A stretch of DNA of 64,000 nucleotides from Bacilli bacterium (GTDB taxonomy: Bacteria; Bacillota_I; Bacilli_A; RF39; UBA660): assembly GCA_041655535.1 (NCBI GenBank), contig JBBAFH010000004.1:4276-68275 (forward strand), in the 5' to 3' direction. This document shows positions 61,094 to 64,000 of this stretch, in pieces. The translations under genes were made by a program, and so were the position numbers. The notes under the pieces are model-generated. The model made no database searches and was not told the origin of the DNA. It worked only from the letters and a program-made list of their open reading frames with translations. Within the stretch, counting starts at the first letter, position 1. Each line of letters starts with the position of its first letter.

Positions 61094-61357
61094 ATGAATG
61101 AATTTTTAATAAAACAGTATATTACTAATCTCACATACGGAGATATAAGCTCATTTGCAAGTAAGAGTGGGATAACTTTAAATAATGATGAAACAGAAAT
61201 TATTTATAATAATATTAAAAACAATTGGCGAACTATTCTCTATGGTAATCCAAGAGGAATATTAAATGATCTAAAAGATCAATTAGGGTCCGAAACTTAT
61301 AATAAAGTTGAAGAACTTTATATTAGTTTTAAGGAAAAATTTCAAAATTATTTATAA
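61094..61357 (+). CDS. Small hypothetical protein (possibly YqfT-like)
   Basis: 87 aa, convergent with nfo. The resemblance to YqfT rests on gene context only. Confidence 0.35.
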   Translation: MNEFLIKQYITNLTYGDISSFASKSGITLNNDETEIIYNNIKNNWRTILYGNPRGILNDLKDQLGSETYNKVEELYISFKEKFQNYL

Positions 61358-62259
61358 TAATTTCTAATATCTTCAATTAAATTAGGATTATAAGTTTTTT
61401 CTTTAATCATTTCTATCTCAAATTTATATGGTGGATAAACTTTTTCTTTACTATCATCAGTAGCCGTTACATAAGGCGTTTCTAAAATTTTGGGAACGTC
61501 TTTTAATAATGGATGATAAATAACTTTAATTAAATTATCAAAGCCAATTGTTCCCTCTCCAAAGTTTGCGTGACGGTCCTTTTTCGCACCAATATCATTG
61601 ATACTATCATTAACATGAATACATTCGATTTTTTTAATACCAATAATTTTATCAAACTCTTTTAATACATCATCAATTTTTTCTACTAAATATCCTGCGT
61701 CATTAATATGACATGTATCTAAACAAACTTTTATGTGCTCATTATACTTAACTCCATTAATAATTTGTTTTAACTCTCCAAAAGTAATTCCTATCTCACT
61801 TCCTTTGCCAGCCATTGTTTCTAACAAAATATCTACCTTTGAATCTTTTTCCAAAACAATGTTTAAGGCATTAATAATATTATTTATTCCTTCTTCACGA
61901 GTAAGCTTAACATGACTTCCAGGGTGAAGGACCAGTTTTTTAAGACCAAGCTCTTCTACTCTTTTGATTTCTTCTTTTAAAAATCTAATAGCAAAATCAT
62001 AATTAGCACCACTACCTGCTAAATTAACAATATATGGAGCGTGAACAACAATATTGTTAACATCAATATTATGTTCTTTCATTAATTCATAAGCCGCAAT
62101 TGTTTTTTCTTTTTCAATTGGTGACCTCGCTGTATTTTGAGGCGCTCCAGTATAAATCATAAAAGCATTTGAGCCATAACTCAAAGCTTCATTGACACTC
62201 CCTAATAATTGATTTTGTTTTTTAAATGATACATGTGATCCAATATTTAATTTTTCCAT
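61348..62259 (-). CDS. nfo: Endonuclease IV (AP endonuclease)
   Basis: MEKLNIGSHVS... with the His/Asp/Glu metal ligands of a TIM-barrel Nfo. Confidence 0.85.
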   Translation of the reverse strand: MEKLNIGSHVSFKKQNQLLGSVNEALSYGSNAFMIYTGAPQNTARSPIEKEKTIAAYELMKEHNIDVNNIVVHAPYIVNLAGSGANYDFAIRFLKEEIKRVEELGLKKLVLHPGSHVKLTREEGINNIINALNIVLEKDSKVDILLETMAGKGSEIGITFGELKQIINGVKYNEHIKVCLDTCHINDAGYLVEKIDDVLKEFDKIIGIKKIECIHVNDSINDIGAKKDRHANFGEGTIGFDNLIKVIYHPLLKDVPKILETPYVTATDDSKEKVYPPYKFEIEMIKEKTYNPNLIEDIRNYYK

Positions 62260-62268
62260 AAATACCTC

Positions 62269-64000
62269 CTAATCTAAATACTCGATTTCATTTACAATTA
62301 TTTGTAACTTATCAAATCTTTTTTCAACTTTTCCTGATAATTTAATAATATCACCAACTTTTATATTAGCATTTTTCTCGTGAACTTTTGGAAACAAAAC
62401 AATATCAATAGTACTTATTTCATCACTACCCGTAATAAAACTCATAACATCATCCTTTTTAGTTTTTATTTCTTTAACTCGATCTACGTATACAATTAAC
62501 GATATTACTTTATCAAAATAATTTTTTAAATCAACAATAGATATGGTTTGTTCCAGTTTGTTTTTATATTCAGTTATTGGGTGATTACTTATATAAAATC
62601 CAAATGTTTCTAATTCTATTTTCATTAATTCCTTTTTACTATACTCCGGAATAATTTTAATTTCGGGTTTTAATGCAAATTCTTCCCCAATATCTTTTAT
62701 TAGTTCAGCATAATTAATAATAACATCCAAATTTTCAGTCATTGTTTTCTTATTCATCCCAATTGAATTAAAACAACCAGCATTTATTAAACTTACCATT
62801 GTTTTTTTCGTAACACTTTTACCGTAAGTTCTTCTAACAAAATCATATATATCCTTATATTTACCATTTTTTCTTTCATTTATAATAACATTAGAAGCAG
62901 CTCCACCAATATTTTTAATAATTGATAACGGATATATGATTCCTTTGTCACTAACTGCATATTCAGAAAAACTTAAATTTATATCTGGAGGAATTATTGA
63001 AATGTTGTTACTTTTACATTCATAAATATACTCTTTAGTCTTTATCTCACTGCCAACAACCATAGATAGCAAAGCCTTCATAAAATATAGTGGGTAATGA
63101 GCTTTTAAATACGCCATCTTATAAGCAACAATTGAATAGGCAACAGAGTGAGAACGATTGAATCCGTACGATGCGAATTTCAATATTAAATCATAAACAT
63201 CATTAGCAACCTCTTTAGAATAACCTTTATTTATACTTCTACTAACAAACTTATCTCGTTCAGCAATCATAATTGATTGATTTTTTTTGCTCATTGCTCG
63301 ACGCAACAAATCCGCTTCGCCAAACGAATATCCAGCCATTACACTAGCTATTTGCATAATTTGTTCTTGATAAACAATTATTCCATAAGTTGGTTTTAAA
63401 ATGGTTTTTAAATCGGGTGAGGCATATTCTATATTCTCTTGACCATGTTTTCTTCTAACATATGAATCAATGTTTTTCATTGGACCTGGTCTAAATAAAG
63501 CATTAGCAGCAACTATCTCTTCGAAACTAGTTGGATGTAATTTCCTCAAAAAGTTTTTCATGCCATCTGATTCAAATTGGAAGATACCAGTAGTTAACAC
63601 ATTAGTAAAGATGTTTAGGGCTTCTTTATCATCAAGCGGAATATTATTAAAATCAATGTCTATATTTAAATTTTTTTTAATATCATTAATAACATCACTA
63701 ATTAACGTTAAATTACGAAGTCCAAGAAAATCCATTTTTAATAATCCAATTTCTTCTAAATAATCCATATCATAACCAGTAGTATAAAATTCCTCATGCT
63801 TTTTATCAATAGGAATTACTTCATCTAAATCAATTCTGGACATAACAATACCAGCTGCATGAACAGAGGTATGACGTTTCAATCCTTCGAATTTAGTGGC
63901 TATTTTATACATTTTAAGTAATTGGGGTTTATTTTCCAAATATACTCTTAACTTTTCATTCTTTTTATAATTTTCTAATAAAGACAATGATGAACCAAGC
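62269..64000 (-). CDS. dnaE: DNA polymerase III alpha subunit (DnaE), C-terminal part; N-terminus lies beyond the window end
   Basis: Fingers/beta-binding region FEGLKRHTSVHAAGIVMS and a C-terminal OB fold. The ORF is open to the window edge. Confidence 0.8.
   Translation of the reverse strand, partial: LGSSLSLLENYKKNEKLRVYLENKPQLLKMYKIATKFEGLKRHTSVHAAGIVMSRIDLDEVIPIDKKHEEFYTTGYDMDYLEEIGLLKMDFLGLRNLTLISDVINDIKKNLNIDIDFNNIPLDDKEALNIFTNVLTTGIFQFESDGMKNFLRKLHPTSFEEIVAANALFRPGPMKNIDSYVRRKHGQENIEYASPDLKTILKPTYGIIVYQEQIMQIASVMAGYSFGEADLLRRAMSKKNQSIMIAERDKFVSRSINKGYSKEVANDVYDLILKFASYGFNRSHSVAYSIVAYKMAYLKAHYPLYFMKALLSMVVGSEIKTKEYIYECKSNNISIIPPDINLSFSEYAVSDKGIIYPLSIIKNIGGAASNVIINERKNGKYKDIYDFVRRTYGKSVTKKTMVSLINAGCFNSIGMNKKTMTENLDVIINYAELIKDIGEEFALKPEIKIIPEYSKKELMKIELETFGFYISNHPITEYKNKLEQTISIVDLKNYFDKVISLIVYVDRVKEIKTKKDDVMSFITGSDEISTIDIVLFPKVHEKNANIKVGDIIKLSGKVEKRFDKLQIIVNEIEYLD

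Noticed and set aside
1-64000. CRISPR arrays, rRNA genes, transposase or IS elements
   Set aside because: No regularly spaced direct repeats, no rRNA-like GC-rich conserved stretches and no DDE transposase ORFs were seen. The only mobile element supported is the serine-recombinase element.

Overview
AT-rich, low-GC Firmicutes-type chromosomal segment with almost all genes on the minus strand. The core genes are housekeeping: tex (partial), dinB, a ZIP transporter, a P-type ATPase, ftsE/ftsX, prfB with its programmed +1 frameshift, trmB, rpmF and yceD, pyk, mutM, murI, serS behind a T-box leader, a CDF transporter, polA, an LCP protein, tRNA-Cys, a GNAT acetyltransferase, an MntR-like regulator divergent from feoAB, ltaS, gatCAB with camS, efp, rpmG, a PBP2, sodA, nfo and dnaE (partial). 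Two accessory loci stand out. The first is a compact integrative mobilizable element of about 6.2 kb at 38722..44953, next to tRNA-Gly. It carries a small ORF, a large serine recombinase and a MobV/Pre-family relaxase, followed by three secreted or membrane cargo proteins and an XRE regulator. It is bounded by a roughly 20-bp imperfect terminal inverted repeat, as expected for the P and P' arms of serine-integrase attL/attR sites. It also has an outward-facing extended -10 promoter at its right end. The second is a tandemly duplicated pair of roughly 500-aa type IV pilin-like proteins at 15117..18251. Each has a prepilin N-terminus fused to an FGE-sulfatase (SUMF1)-like domain and each has its own duplicated promoter (and the upstream copy an intrinsic terminator). 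A ComGC-like minor pilin follows, and the whole block sits between rpmF and trmB. Other notable points are a membrane protein with a degenerate GGDEF site (SGNEF), sporulation-associated YunB/YtxG/YtxH homologues, and a palindromic candidate operator between the mntR-like gene and feoA.
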